Shown: positions 28,188-38,264, counted from the first letter of the stretch. The stretch is 64,000 nt of DNA from Thermoanaerobaculia bacterium (GCA_963664405.1 OY761158.1:480001-544000); one strand, 5' to 3'. Program-made: numbers and translations. Notes: generated by a model not told the origin, from the letters alone.

Positions 28188-29011
28188 CTAGCGGTCGCGA
28201 ATCGAATACAAATGCGAGCGGGTCCGGATCAAGAGACGCTCACCAACGAGGGCCGGCGAAGCCAGCACCATTTCGTCCAAAGCACTCTCATGCAGCTGCT
28301 CGAACTTTCCACCTGCCTCGAATACGAAGGTGCTGCCGTCCTCGTCGATGGCAAAGATCTTCCCCCGGTAGGCCCAAGGCGATGCGGTGAAAGCGCCTGC
28401 CGAGCCCGCGATTCGGGCACGGAACACGCGCTGCCCGTCAGCAGCCTGGTCACCGGCGTCTCCGAGGTGAACGAGTTCTTGCGATGGCGGCCGCCGGGAG
28501 GGCGGCCCTTGAACAGGCTTCGACGCCAGAGCTCCGACCCCGTCTCCAGCTCGTAGGCGATCAAGAGATACTCGAGCTCGATCTCGCTCGGAAACTCCAT
28601 GTCGCGTTCGTTGAGCTTACGGAGCACCTCTTCCTCGCTCAATCCCTGCTTCGTCAGCTCGGCGAGGTATTCGTTGCTGAAGTCAGTCCCGATCTGCGGC
28701 GGTTTCATCACGGTCGAGCTGGTGGCGGTAGTCACCAAGACCGTGTCACCGGCTTCGATCGGCGAGGACCACCCCATACCTGGGACTTCGGCCCCCCACT
28801 CGACGTTTTCGGTCGTCGACCAACGAAGAGGCAGTTTCTCGTTTTCCGAGACCGCCATGGCGCGGGGTCCGCGAAATCCTGGCCAGCTCGCGTCCGAGGC
28901 CGTGGCGGCGCCGCGCAGGGTCGATGGCGGCGCCAGAATCAACGCCATCCAGACACAGCAGAGGAGTCTCAGAGGTAGCCCCACGGTGCAGATTTTGGAA
29001 ATACCAATCAT
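28188..29011 (-). pseudogene. PQQ-like beta-propeller (BamB-like) protein with internal deletion/frameshift
   Basis: N-terminal WPGFRG..WSTTENVEW..GWSSPI..SETPVT is joined out of frame near 28448 to C-terminal ..FTASPW..ASPA..LLIRT.SHLY; central blades are absent. Confidence 0.8.
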
Positions 29012-29284
29012 GCTCACTTCGGCGTCCCTCACCGGCGAGATCGACTCAGACCGGGTAGCCGTATCGGTCCATAGGGAGCCCCAACTCGTCACGGAACCAA
29101 CGATTGCTCGGGCGACTGAGCTCTCGGACTCGCGGGAACATAGTGTGAAGAGAAGAGCGCGGCTACCGTGCGATCCTCTCCACTGACCTCCGCCGGTCGC
29201 TCGGAGAAGACGCCCGAGGTAAGATCCCCGACCGGCGGACCTCAGGCGCGGGACAGCATTCACTGCTCGATTTGACGCAACCCA

Positions 29285-30925
29285 ATGACCCGTCCCGGTA
29301 AGCGGTGCCTGCGCCCCTCCCTCTCCGTCCTAGAGGTAGCTCTCTTTAGCTGGCTGCTCGTCTTGGCCGCTTGTGGGCCGGAGAGCACTGACAGCCATCG
29401 GGCCGGGGGCAGCGACTCAGCCGCATTCGAAGCGATAGGAACCGGCGAGCCGCGGCGCGGCGGTCACCTCCGCGTGGGCTACGCCCTCGAGCCCACCTCT
29501 CTGGACGCGGTGCTCGGCCGCTCGGGCGGCGACGCCTACTATTGGCACCAGATATACGACCAACTCGTCGATGCCGATCCCGACCTCTTCCCTCGACCGT
29601 CCACCTCACTGGCCCAGTCATGGGAGATCTCTACCGAGCCCGACGCCATCACCTTCTACCTGCGTGAGGGCGTGACCTTCCACGATGGCACCAAGTTCAA
29701 CGCGGATGCGGTCAAGTTCAATGTCGAGCGGATTCTCGAGCCAAAGACGATGGCTACACCGCGCGCCGCGATGACGGTCATCGAATCGGTCGACGTCCTC
29801 GACGAATTCACCGTGAGGTTCAACCTCAGTCGACCCTGGGGAGCAGGCCTCAACATGCTGGCCGATCGAGGCGGAGTGATGAACTCGCCTGCGGCGGTTC
29901 GCGCGCTGGGCAAGGACTACGGCTGGAACCCGTCGGGCACCGGACCGTTCAAGATCGACAAGGTCATCACCGGCACTCTGGTCCACTTGGTTCGCAACGA
30001 GAATTACTGGGGCACCGACGAGAGCGGCAACCCCTTGCCCTACGTCGACGAGGTCACAATCCGAGTGATTCGAGACCAAACGGTGCTGTCTTCGGCGTTG
30101 CGCACGGGTGAGATCGACATCGCCTACCTGCCCTATAAAGACGTGTCGGCGTTCCAGCGTGACGATCGATTCCAGATCGAGACCATGCCCGGTGGCGCGA
30201 TCGCACTGTTGATGGCCTTCAACCTGGCTGCCCCCCCTTTGGACGACATCAATCTCCGCCTCGCCGTCGCTCACGCGGTCGATCCGGAGATCCTCAATAA
30301 AGCCATCTTCTTCGACCAGGTGATCGTCGCCGACGCGGGAATGTGGCCGATCGGCGCCTGGGTATACGACAACAGCCTGCCGCGCCCCTACTACGACCCA
30401 GACAAGGCGCGCGAGTACCTCGTTGCCGGCGGGCGGCCTGACGGCTTCGAATTCACTGCTGTGACCTACAACAGCCCTATTTTCGTACCGGCTGCCGAGG
30501 TTGTCCGAGCGATGCTCAAGAAAGTGGGCATCACGATGAAAATAGACGTGCTGAGTAACGCCGCGGCGACGGAGAGATTCTTCTTCGGGGGCGACTACCC
30601 CATGTATCTGACCGGATGGAGCCGCTACCCGGAGCCGGACTGGCTCGCCTCACTGGCCTACAAGAGCGACGGCTACTACAACGCGGGCAATCTCGAGCGC
30701 CCGGAGATCGACAGACTGGTCGAGAAGGGTGCGTCGCTCTATGACATCGAGGCTCGCAAAGAGGTCTACAACGAGATCAACCGCACCGTGCTGAGCGAGG
30801 CCTGGTTCACGCCGCTGCTCTACGCAGTAAACTACGCCGCGGCGCCGAGGAAGGTGCGTAATCTCGATCGGCTGATGGGATGGGACGGCAAGATGGATCT
30901 GCGAGAGATCTGGCTCGACCCTTAG
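29285..30925 (+). CDS. ABC transporter substrate-binding lipoprotein, family 5 (peptide/nickel)
   Basis: Lipobox LAAC; LREGVTFHDGTKFNADAVKF; GTGPF; RNENYW. Confidence 0.93.
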   Translation: MTRPGKRCLRPSLSVLEVALFSWLLVLAACGPESTDSHRAGGSDSAAFEAIGTGEPRRGGHLRVGYALEPTSLDAVLGRSGGDAYYWHQIYDQLVDADPDLFPRPSTSLAQSWEISTEPDAITFYLREGVTFHDGTKFNADAVKFNVERILEPKTMATPRAAMTVIESVDVLDEFTVRFNLSRPWGAGLNMLADRGGVMNSPAAVRALGKDYGWNPSGTGPFKIDKVITGTLVHLVRNENYWGTDESGNPLPYVDEVTIRVIRDQTVLSSALRTGEIDIAYLPYKDVSAFQRDDRFQIETMPGGAIALLMAFNLAAPPLDDINLRLAVAHAVDPEILNKAIFFDQVIVADAGMWPIGAWVYDNSLPRPYYDPDKAREYLVAGGRPDGFEFTAVTYNSPIFVPAAEVVRAMLKKVGITMKIDVLSNAAATERFFFGGDYPMYLTGWSRYPEPDWLASLAYKSDGYYNAGNLERPEIDRLVEKGASLYDIEARKEVYNEINRTVLSEAWFTPLLYAVNYAAAPRKVRNLDRLMGWDGKMDLREIWLDP

Positions 30926-30937
30926 ACCTGACGTTCG

Positions 30938-31891
30938 ATGCCGCAGTACGTGCTCCGACGCCTCCTGCAGGCGCTCCCCGTCCTCCTGATCGCCACCTTT
31001 CTGGTATTCGCCCTGATGCTGGCGATTCCGGGCGACCCTGTGCGTGCCTTGATCGGCCCGGGCGAGGCCCTCGACGAAGAACAGATCCAGATCCTCCGCG
31101 AGGAGAATCATCTCGACGAGCCGGTACTCGTCCAATACGCGCTCTGGCTGGGGAAGGCTCTCAAGGGTGACCTCGGGCGCTCAACCCAGAACCAACGGCC
31201 GGTCGCCGCGGAGCTCCGCACTCGTGCCCTGACCACCTTCCAGTTCGGACTCGCCGCCTGGATCTTGGCGGTCCTGATCGGCGTTCCGGCCGGGATCGTC
31301 TCCGCCGTCTACAGAGGCAAGCCGGTGGATTACATCGCCACCGTCGTCTCGATCGGCGGCGTCGCTATCCCCAACTTCTGGCTCGGCATCATGGCGATCC
31401 TGCTCTTCGGAGTCACCCTCGGTTGGCTGCCGACACAAGGCTACGTCAACATTTTCGAAGATCCCGTGCAGGGTCTACGGCACATGATCCTGCCGGCGTT
31501 CGCCCTGGGCATCACCAGCTGTGCGCTGATCATGCGTCAAAGCCGCTCGGCGATGCTGGAAGTCCTCGCACAGGACTACATGCGCACGGCAAGGGCCAAG
31601 GGCCTGCGCGAGCGCACCGTGGTTTGGGTTCATGCCCTACGCAACGCGCTCTTACCGGTCATCACCGTGCTCGGCCTCCAGACCGGCCGGATCTTCGCCG
31701 GCGCGATCGTGATCGAGACTCTCTTCGGCATTCCCGGCACCGGTCAGTTCATGGTGCAGGCGATTTTTGCTCGCGACTTCAAAGTGGTTCAGGGAGCGGT
31801 CCTGCTGATGGCGTTGGCGGTCTTGACCGCCAATCTGCTCACCGACATCGTCTACGCCTGGCTCGACCCGAGAATCAAATACGATGGCTAG
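30938..31891 (+). CDS. ABC transporter permease (DppB-like)
   Basis: PGDP, IPNFWLG, DYMRTARAKGL (EAA loop), ETLFGIPG. Confidence 0.95.
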   Translation: MPQYVLRRLLQALPVLLIATFLVFALMLAIPGDPVRALIGPGEALDEEQIQILREENHLDEPVLVQYALWLGKALKGDLGRSTQNQRPVAAELRTRALTTFQFGLAAWILAVLIGVPAGIVSAVYRGKPVDYIATVVSIGGVAIPNFWLGIMAILLFGVTLGWLPTQGYVNIFEDPVQGLRHMILPAFALGITSCALIMRQSRSAMLEVLAQDYMRTARAKGLRERTVVWVHALRNALLPVITVLGLQTGRIFAGAIVIETLFGIPGTGQFMVQAIFARDFKVVQGAVLLMALAVLTANLLTDIVYAWLDPRIKYDG

Positions 31892-32789
31892 CGTCCCTGA
31901 GAGAGCCGCGTCGACACCGGTGCCTGAGAGCCGCCTGCGTCGCCACCCCGCCCTGCGGGTGCTGCCCAAGCTGGCCTCGATCCCCCAGGCGATCTTCGGC
32001 ATCATCGTAATCGGCGCGATTGTGCTCGCGGCGGTCTTTGCTCCCTGGATCGTGCCGACGGACCCAGAGGAGATGGACTTCGACAACCTTCTCAGCGGGT
32101 TTAGTAGCCAGCACCTGCTCGGCTCGGATCAGATGGGGCGAGACACACTCGCGCGGCTCATTGTCGGCGCTCGAATCGCGTTGATGGTGAGCCTCGGCGC
32201 GGTCGGTCTCGGGGCCCTCATTGGCGTACCTCTCGGCCTGATTGCAGTGTATTTCCGGGGCTTCGTCGACGACCTGATCATGCGCGTGATGGATGCAGTA
32301 GTGGTGTTCCCGAGTCTCTTGATCGCGGTCGGTCTGGCCGCGGCCCTGGGGGGATCTCTGAAGACCGTCATCATCGCCATCGGTATTGCCAACGTCCCTT
32401 GGATGGCCCGCATTGTCCGCAGCCAAGGGCTTTCCATCCGCGAGCTCGACTACGTGGCGGCCGCGGAAGCGGGCGGTTTGAGTAGCCAACGAATCATCTT
32501 CAGGCACATCCTGCCAAACACGCTTGCCCCGGTCATCGTTCAAGCTACGCTGAGCATGGGCTATGCCGTTCTCACCGAGGCCGCTCTCAGCTTCATCGGT
32601 GTGGGCATCCAACCACCGACTCCGACCTGGGGCAATATGCTCCAGCAGGCCTTCCCCATGCTCGACCAACAGCCTTTGCTGTCGATCGTGCCCGGGTTTG
32701 CCATCTTTCTGTTGGTCCTGGCTTTCAACTTCATCGGCGACGCTTTGCGCGACGTTCTCGATCCGCGCCTCCGAGGCGTGATTCATTGA
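31884..32789 (+). CDS. ABC transporter permease (DppC-like)
   Basis: HLLGSDQMGRD, RHILPN, EAALSFIG, GDALRDVLDPR. Confidence 0.95.
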   Translation: MASVPERAASTPVPESRLRRHPALRVLPKLASIPQAIFGIIVIGAIVLAAVFAPWIVPTDPEEMDFDNLLSGFSSQHLLGSDQMGRDTLARLIVGARIALMVSLGAVGLGALIGVPLGLIAVYFRGFVDDLIMRVMDAVVVFPSLLIAVGLAAALGGSLKTVIIAIGIANVPWMARIVRSQGLSIRELDYVAAAEAGGLSSQRIIFRHILPNTLAPVIVQATLSMGYAVLTEAALSFIGVGIQPPTPTWGNMLQQAFPMLDQQPLLSIVPGFAIFLLVLAFNFIGDALRDVLDPRLRGVIH

Positions 32790-32831
32790 TATAGCCTGCC
32801 GCCAAATACACCAACTGGAGACGAGGAATAG

Positions 32832-34394
32832 ATGTCACAAGATCCACCAGACCGCAGCGGCGCGGAGAGCCTGGTTCAGACCTTCGTCGATAGTGGCGTC
32901 GACGTCTGCTTCGCCAATCCAGGCACTTCGGAGATGCATTTCGTCGCCGCTCTCGACACCAACCCTGGGATGCGCTGTGTCTTGGGCCTATTCGAGGGCG
33001 TCGTTACCGGAGCCGCCGATGGTTACGGTCGGATGAAAGGCTCCCCCGCCGCGACACTCCTCCACCTGGGGCCCGGGCTCGGCAACGGCCTCGCCAACCT
33101 CCATAACGCCAAGAAGGCCCACACACCCGTCGTCAACGTAGTCGGCGACCATGCAACCTACCATCGCAAATACGACGCGCCCCTGAGCTCCGACGTCGAA
33201 GCGATCGCTCGACCGGTATCGGGCTGGGTAAAGGTTTCCGAATCTGCGGACGATGTCGCCTCCGACGGTGCCGAGGCGGTGCAAGCCGCGATGGCCCCTC
33301 CTGGGCAGGTGGCCACCCTGATCTTGCCCGCGGACACGGCATGGAACCGCACCCGAGCGACCGCCGTGCCACTCAAACCGGTGGCGCCAGATCCTGTCGA
33401 CAGCGACCAGGTAGAGGACGTGGCGAAGGCGCTGAGCAGTGGCGAGCCTGCCGTTCTGTTGATCAACGGGACCCTCACCGCCGAGCGAACAGCGCTCGCG
33501 GATCGCATCGCCCGAGCCACCGGTGCGCGCCTGATCATGGACACTTTTGTCTCTCGCCTGCAGCGCGGCGCGGGCCGAGTGCAGGTCGCGCGACTCCCCT
33601 ACTTTGGCGAGCAAGCAGCCGAAGTGCTCGCCGGCACCAAGCACCTGATCCTGATCAGTACTCAGCCACCGGTCACCTTCTTCGCCTACCCGGAAAAGCC
33701 GAACTGGCTGACGCCGGAAGGTTGCACAATCCACACCTTGGTGGAGCGCGACGGCGATGTCGATGGAGCCCTGGACGCGCTGGCACAGGCCGTCGGGGTG
33801 GGATCTCAGCAAGCCGAGCTGGTGGCGCCGGAGCGCCCACCTCTCCCGACCGGCGAGCTCACCACCCGTTCGGCCGGGCAGGTAGTGGGGCACCTCTTAC
33901 CGGAGAATGCGATCGTGGTCGACGAGGGCGGAACGTCGGGAGCCGGCGCGACCTACGCGACCCGCGGAGCTCCGCCCCATGACTGGTTGATCCTGACCGG
34001 CGGCTCCATCGGCTACGGGCTACCGACAGCCACCGGGGCTGCAATCGCCTGCCCCGACCGCCCAGTTCTCTGCCTCCAGGCGGACGGCGGCGGGATGTAC
34101 ACCCTGCAGGCGCTGTGGACCCAGGTTCGCGAGCAGCTCAACGTCACCAACCTCATCTTCGCCAACAGAAAGTACGCGATCCTGCAGATCGAGTTCGGCC
34201 GCGTCGGAGCTCATGCGCCGGGGCCGAAGGCGATGAGCATGCTCGACCTGACCAACCCCGAGCTGAACTGGGTGTCGCTGGCCCGGGGCATGGGTATGCC
34301 GGCCTCGCGAGTCACTACCGCGGAAGAGCTCAACAAGGCCCTCGCCGCTTCGCTCAGCGAATCTGGACCCTCCTTGATCGAGGCCGTTCTCTAG
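32832..34394 (+). CDS. Thiamine-diphosphate enzyme, acetolactate synthase large-subunit-like
   Basis: FANPGTSEMH, GAADGYGR, GGSIG.GL, ADGGGMYTLQALWT..N TPP motif. Confidence 0.9.
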   Translation: MSQDPPDRSGAESLVQTFVDSGVDVCFANPGTSEMHFVAALDTNPGMRCVLGLFEGVVTGAADGYGRMKGSPAATLLHLGPGLGNGLANLHNAKKAHTPVVNVVGDHATYHRKYDAPLSSDVEAIARPVSGWVKVSESADDVASDGAEAVQAAMAPPGQVATLILPADTAWNRTRATAVPLKPVAPDPVDSDQVEDVAKALSSGEPAVLLINGTLTAERTALADRIARATGARLIMDTFVSRLQRGAGRVQVARLPYFGEQAAEVLAGTKHLILISTQPPVTFFAYPEKPNWLTPEGCTIHTLVERDGDVDGALDALAQAVGVGSQQAELVAPERPPLPTGELTTRSAGQVVGHLLPENAIVVDEGGTSGAGATYATRGAPPHDWLILTGGSIGYGLPTATGAAIACPDRPVLCLQADGGGMYTLQALWTQVREQLNVTNLIFANRKYAILQIEFGRVGAHAPGPKAMSMLDLTNPELNWVSLARGMGMPASRVTTAEELNKALAASLSESGPSLIEAVL

Positions 34395-34454
34395 CCAAAG
34401 TCGAGTCCAGCCCCACACGGAGCTCCGGATGCGCCGTCCGCGGCACCATGTTAT

Positions 34455-34494
34455 TTAGCCGAAGGAAATGATAGGGATCATTTCCGTAAGCTAA
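34455..34494. repeat. Short palindromic repeat, family C, copy 1
   Basis: TTAGC-CGAA-GGAAATGAT-AGGG-ATCATTTCC-GTAA-GCTAA; overlaps the SDR stop; homologous to 46478-46517. Confidence 0.7.
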
Positions 34495-35288
34495 GACGAC
34501 GCCACCGCCCCTCCATCGCAGGTAATGGTCTCACCGACGGTGTAGGCGCCGACGCGTGAGCACAGAAAGATCGCCAGGCCGGCAATATCCTCCTTCGTCC
34601 CCACGCGGCCGCGGGGATTGCGGCGGCCGATGCTGTCCCAGTCTTGTCCCTCCACCTTGCCGCCGAAGCCCACGCCTGCCGACAACATCCAGCTCGGGAA
34701 CGGACCGGGGGCGATCGCGTTGACGATGATGTTCTCCTTGACCAGGTGGGCCGCCAAGACCCGCGTCAGGTGGTGGACCGCAGCCTTCGACGGGCCGTAG
34801 GAGAAGTTGTCGAAGATCGGGGTCTTGATGCCATCGACCGAGCCTACGTTGACCACTCGCGCCGGATCCTCATCAGTTGCCGAGGCCCGCAACAGCGGCA
34901 GCAGCTTCTGAGTGAGGAAGAAGATCCCCTTGACGTTGACGTCCATGACCTTGTCCCAGCCAACTTCGGGGAAGTCGTCGATGGGAGCTCCCCAGGTCGC
35001 ACCCGCATTGTTAACGAGAATGTCGAGCTTGCTCTCTCGCTCGCCGAGCGCCGCAGCGAGGGCCTCGATGCCCTCGAGCTTCGAGAGGTCTGCGGGCAGG
35101 GGTACGCACTCGCCCCCATACTCCCCCATGAGTCGCTCGGACGTCGCGGCGCATGCGTCCGCTTTTCGCGAGCTGATGTAGACCTTGGCGCCGTTGGCGA
35201 GGAACCCGGCAGTGATCATCTCGCCGATCCCTCGCGAGCCGCCCGTGACGACGGCGGTCTTTCCCTCGATTGAAAACAGATTCTTCAC
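34491..35288 (-). CDS. SDR family oxidoreductase
   Basis: TGGSRGIG, NNAG, YGPSK. Confidence 0.95.
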   Translation of the reverse strand: MKNLFSIEGKTAVVTGGSRGIGEMITAGFLANGAKVYISSRKADACAATSERLMGEYGGECVPLPADLSKLEGIEALAAALGERESKLDILVNNAGATWGAPIDDFPEVGWDKVMDVNVKGIFFLTQKLLPLLRASATDEDPARVVNVGSVDGIKTPIFDNFSYGPSKAAVHHLTRVLAAHLVKENIIVNAIAPGPFPSWMLSAGVGFGGKVEGQDWDSIGRRNPRGRVGTKEDIAGLAIFLCSRVGAYTVGETITCDGGAVASS

Positions 35289-35320
35289 AGTAGATCTCCT
35301 TTTGTATTGATGAGAGCGCC

Positions 35321-35349
35321 TTAGTGTTGTGTCTCCGACATGGCACTAG
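35321..35349. repeat. Collapsed family B element (termini only)
   Basis: TTAGTGTTGTGTCTCCGACATGGCACTAG matches the TIRs of 13174-13339; right CTAG is the stop of the enolase-superfamily gene. Confidence 0.7.
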
Positions 35350-36512
35350 GTAGGCGGGTATTTGGCGAGTCCAGCCTCGTCGGGCTCCGTGCCCCAGCCG
35401 GGCCGGTCGGGAACGACAATGTGGCTGTTCTCGATCTCGGGCACTTCGGTAAAAAGCTCTTCGTCCCAAGGCAGGCGGTCGATGTCCGTTTCCATGATGC
35501 GCAGGTTTGGCACCGCCGCGCTCAGGTGAACGTTCATCATCGTCGACAGATGGCCGTAGTAGTTGTGGGGCGCCACATTCACCTCATAGGCGTCGGCACA
35601 GGAGGCGATCTTCATCGACTGCCAGACCCCGTTCCACACCGCGTCGATGATCGCGACATCCATCGATTGGGCCGCAAAGAAGGGCAGGAACGCCTGCTGG
35701 GTGATGAGCGTTTCGCACGAGCTGATCGGGTGCGGACTGGCGTTGCGAATCGTCGCCAGATTGGCCGGCGAGAGCGTATCGATCTCGATCCAGAAGATGT
35801 CGAGATCGGCAAGAGCCCGAACGATCTTCAGATAGCCCTCGGTCCTGGCGTTGAAGTTGAGGTCGAGGAGGATGTCTACGTCAGGACCGGCGCCCTCTCG
35901 GAACGCCTGCAAATGGCGACGGATGTCGTTGATCGTCTTCCTCTCGATGTTCCGCGCCGGCTCGAACGGCCGACCGAAGCCTGGCGCCCAGCCTCGGGGC
36001 GTGCCACTGCTGTAGTCGAAGATATTCGTCTTGAGCCCGGTGAATCCTTTCTCGCGAACCTCCGCACCCATAGCTTTGACGCCGTCGAGGTCGGTGATCG
36101 CCTTGCCATAGACATCCGACCGGCCGATGCGCCAGGTTCCACAGTGAGACCAGTAGACCCGGACCCTGTCGCGCACCTTGCCACCCAGGAGCTCGTAACA
36201 AGGCACGCCCAGCCGCTTTGCGTTGGCATCGAGAACCGCGTTCTCGATCGCCCCGATCGCCATCGCCATCACCCCTGACATCGACTGGCGGGCTCGCGAC
36301 TGCAGGCGCTGATAGATGAGCTCGATGTCGTTCACCCGCAGCCCGACAACCAGCTTGCCGAGTCTCTCGACGACGGCGGTGACGCCGAAGGCCCCCTGGT
36401 GCTCGTCGTACTCGCTCCACCCGACGATGCCCTCCTCGGTCGTGAGCCGTACAAAGTGGTAGTTGCGCCAACCGGCGTCGCAGTGACGAGTCTCGATCCC
36501 GGTGATTTTCAT
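35346..36512 (-). CDS. Mandelate racemase/muconate lactonizing enzyme family
   Basis: TEEGIVGWSE, ELLGGKVRDRVRVY, KTN, LLDLN, WIE, SCE, APHN. Confidence 0.92.
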   Translation of the reverse strand: MKITGIETRHCDAGWRNYHFVRLTTEEGIVGWSEYDEHQGAFGVTAVVERLGKLVVGLRVNDIELIYQRLQSRARQSMSGVMAMAIGAIENAVLDANAKRLGVPCYELLGGKVRDRVRVYWSHCGTWRIGRSDVYGKAITDLDGVKAMGAEVREKGFTGLKTNIFDYSSGTPRGWAPGFGRPFEPARNIERKTINDIRRHLQAFREGAGPDVDILLDLNFNARTEGYLKIVRALADLDIFWIEIDTLSPANLATIRNASPHPISSCETLITQQAFLPFFAAQSMDVAIIDAVWNGVWQSMKIASCADAYEVNVAPHNYYGHLSTMMNVHLSAAVPNLRIMETDIDRLPWDEELFTEVPEIENSHIVVPDRPGWGTEPDEAGLAKYPPT

Positions 36513-36611
36513 GCGCGCGACATTACATGAAACGAGCCCTTTCTGGGCATGTCGTGGAGGTTTCTCGCTCCGCTCGATCTAGTTTAGGCGCTCGAAGCCG
36601 CACTTGGAAGA

Positions 36612-36637
36612 TGACTACTTAATCGTTAAAGTAGTCA
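36612..36637. promoter_or_regulatory. Putative TA autoregulatory operator
   Basis: Inverted repeat TGACTACTT-N8-AAGTAGTCA ending 4 bp before the antitoxin ATG. Confidence 0.65.
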
Positions 36638-36641
36638 CATC

Positions 36642-36920
36642 ATGACCGATCGGAAACGGCGACAAAGCGGCATCCGGACGCTTAAGAACGAGGCACCGCG
36701 TATCCTCAGTGAGGTTCGTGAAGAAGAGGCTGAGTACGTCATCACCCATCGAGGGAAGCCAGTTGCCGTCATTCGTCCCTGGTCGGCGGAGGACGAGCGC
36801 GACGAGCGCGCATCCCGAGCTCGGGACTACATCGCCTCAGTCGACGACTTCGCCAAGCGGGTGGCGGAGCGCGCAGGCAAAAAGACAGCGGCGGCAGCGG
36901 TCTCGGGTCAGAGGCACTAG
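36642..36920 (+). CDS. Phd/YefM family antitoxin
   Basis: GIRTLKN....L.EV....YVITHRGKPVAVI. Confidence 0.88.
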   Translation: MTDRKRRQSGIRTLKNEAPRILSEVREEEAEYVITHRGKPVAVIRPWSAEDERDERASRARDYIASVDDFAKRVAERAGKKTAAAAVSGQRH

Positions 36921-37095
36921 ACCAGCGTTTCCAAAGTTCGGGCTGCATAGCTCGAGCTCATTCTGTTCGCTGGCCAGGCGCGCCGACGCAGGCATATTGG
37001 GCAATATGTCGAGGAGCGCGGGGGCGCCTAGCCAACGCCGGCAGCGGGCAGAAGGGGCCGAGATATGTGCGCGAACTTTGGAAACGCTGGTATAG
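36917..37095. mobile_element. MITE-like element, family A, copy 2 (179 bp)
   Basis: Same TIRs and core as 1085-1341 (right end GGTATAG); lies between antitoxin and toxin. Confidence 0.9.
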
Positions 37096-37110
37096 AGAGG
37101 AGAGGGCTCA

Positions 37111-37515
37111 GTGGCCGTGGTTGATGCCAGCGTGTGGGTCTCGATCTGCCACGCGGGCGATCGCTTTCACGGGCGATGCCGTGATTTGCTCTCGAGCCGT
37201 CTGGCGAACGGTGAAGTGCTGATCGCCCCCAGCCTTCTCGCGGTCGAAGTCGCGGCAGCGATCCGGCGCCTAACCGGCGACGCTTCGCTCGCCGCCGAGG
37301 CAAGCAAGGGGTTGTTGGAGGCAGGCCCGGTTCGTCTGTTTCCGCTGACGCACTCACGCAGTCGAGCTTCGGCCGAGCTTGCGGCGCGGCTGGGGCTTCG
37401 CGGCGCCGACGCCGTGTACCTGGCACTGGCGGTGGAAAAGGAGAAGGGTCTGGTGACGTTGGATCGTCAGCAGCTGGAGCGCGGTCGAGGCGTCGTCAAA
37501 GTATCGCGTCCCTGA
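37111..37515 (+). CDS. vapC: VapC-like PIN-domain toxin
   Basis: VVDASV, VEV, LRGADAVYLALA and LVTLD acidic PIN residues; RBS GAGGAG. Confidence 0.9.
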   Translation: MAVVDASVWVSICHAGDRFHGRCRDLLSSRLANGEVLIAPSLLAVEVAAAIRRLTGDASLAAEASKGLLEAGPVRLFPLTHSRSRASAELAARLGLRGADAVYLALAVEKEKGLVTLDRQQLERGRGVVKVSRP

Positions 37516-37545
37516 GCCCTCAGTTTCCCCTGCTAGACTGACGGC

Positions 37546-37776
37546 GTGACGGACGTGGTGCCCAAAGAGTCGCCTTTCGAGCCCGACCCCGTCATCGAGG
37601 CGTACAAAGCGGGCATCGATCGGACGCTGCTCTGCGAGAACCTGAAGCTCTCGACCGAAGAGCGAATTCGCAACCTAGCCCAGTTGCAAAGGTTCGCTGA
37701 GGAGGTGCGACGCGCCGGTGCGCGCCATCGCGATGACCGACTCCGAAGGTCTGCTACGTCGCCTGCAAGAGACTGA
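37546..37776 (+). CDS. Small hypothetical protein, putative partner of the nucleotidyltransferase
   Basis: 76-aa helical ORF (GIDRTLL.ENLKLS.EER) overlapping the NTase start. Confidence 0.65.
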   Translation: MTDVVPKESPFEPDPVIEAYKAGIDRTLLCENLKLSTEERIRNLAQLQRFAEEVRRAGARHRDDRLRRSATSPARD

Positions 37777-38218
37777 AGTCGATTTCGTCGTGGTCGGAGG
37801 TGTCGCCGCGATCGCGCACGGATCTGCGCGCCTCACGCAGGACCTCGACATTGTCTACGAGAGATCGGCCGAAAACCTCGCGCGTCTGGCTTCCGCCCTC
37901 AGAGAAACCAGGCCTTACCTGCGAGGAGCCCCACCGGGCCTTCCCTTCGTTCTCGACGAAGCAACCCTTCGCCGTGGTCTCAACTTTACTTTGAGCACAG
38001 AGTTGGGCGACCTCGACCTTCTCGGTGAAGTCGCCGGCGGCGGCAACTACGAGAATTTGCTCTCAGGGAGTGTGGACCTCCAGATTTTCGGCCGGAGCTG
38101 CAAGTTCGTCGATCTCGCAACACTCATCCGACTCAAGAGGGCTGCGGGGAGGCCGAAGGATCTCGAGACCATCGCCGAGCTGGAGGTTCTCCTCGAGGAT
38201 CCGACCGCGGAGTCTTAG
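37733..38218 (+). CDS. Nucleotidyltransferase (pol-beta superfamily, DUF6036-like)
   Basis: VVVGGVAAIAHG..R.TQDLD, LDLL, KRAAGRPKD. Confidence 0.85.
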   Translation: MTDSEGLLRRLQETEVDFVVVGGVAAIAHGSARLTQDLDIVYERSAENLARLASALRETRPYLRGAPPGLPFVLDEATLRRGLNFTLSTELGDLDLLGEVAGGGNYENLLSGSVDLQIFGRSCKFVDLATLIRLKRAAGRPKDLETIAELEVLLEDPTAES

Positions 38219-38264
38219 TCGATCGTCCGCCAGCCGTCGGCCGTCCAGATACCCTGCCCTCCTG

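Noticed and set aside
29012-29284. Hairpin-containing intergenic region before the SBP gene as a riboswitch
   Set aside because: One stem (TCCGCCGGTCG..CGACCGGCGGA) but no recognisable riboswitch consensus; an Rfam search would be needed
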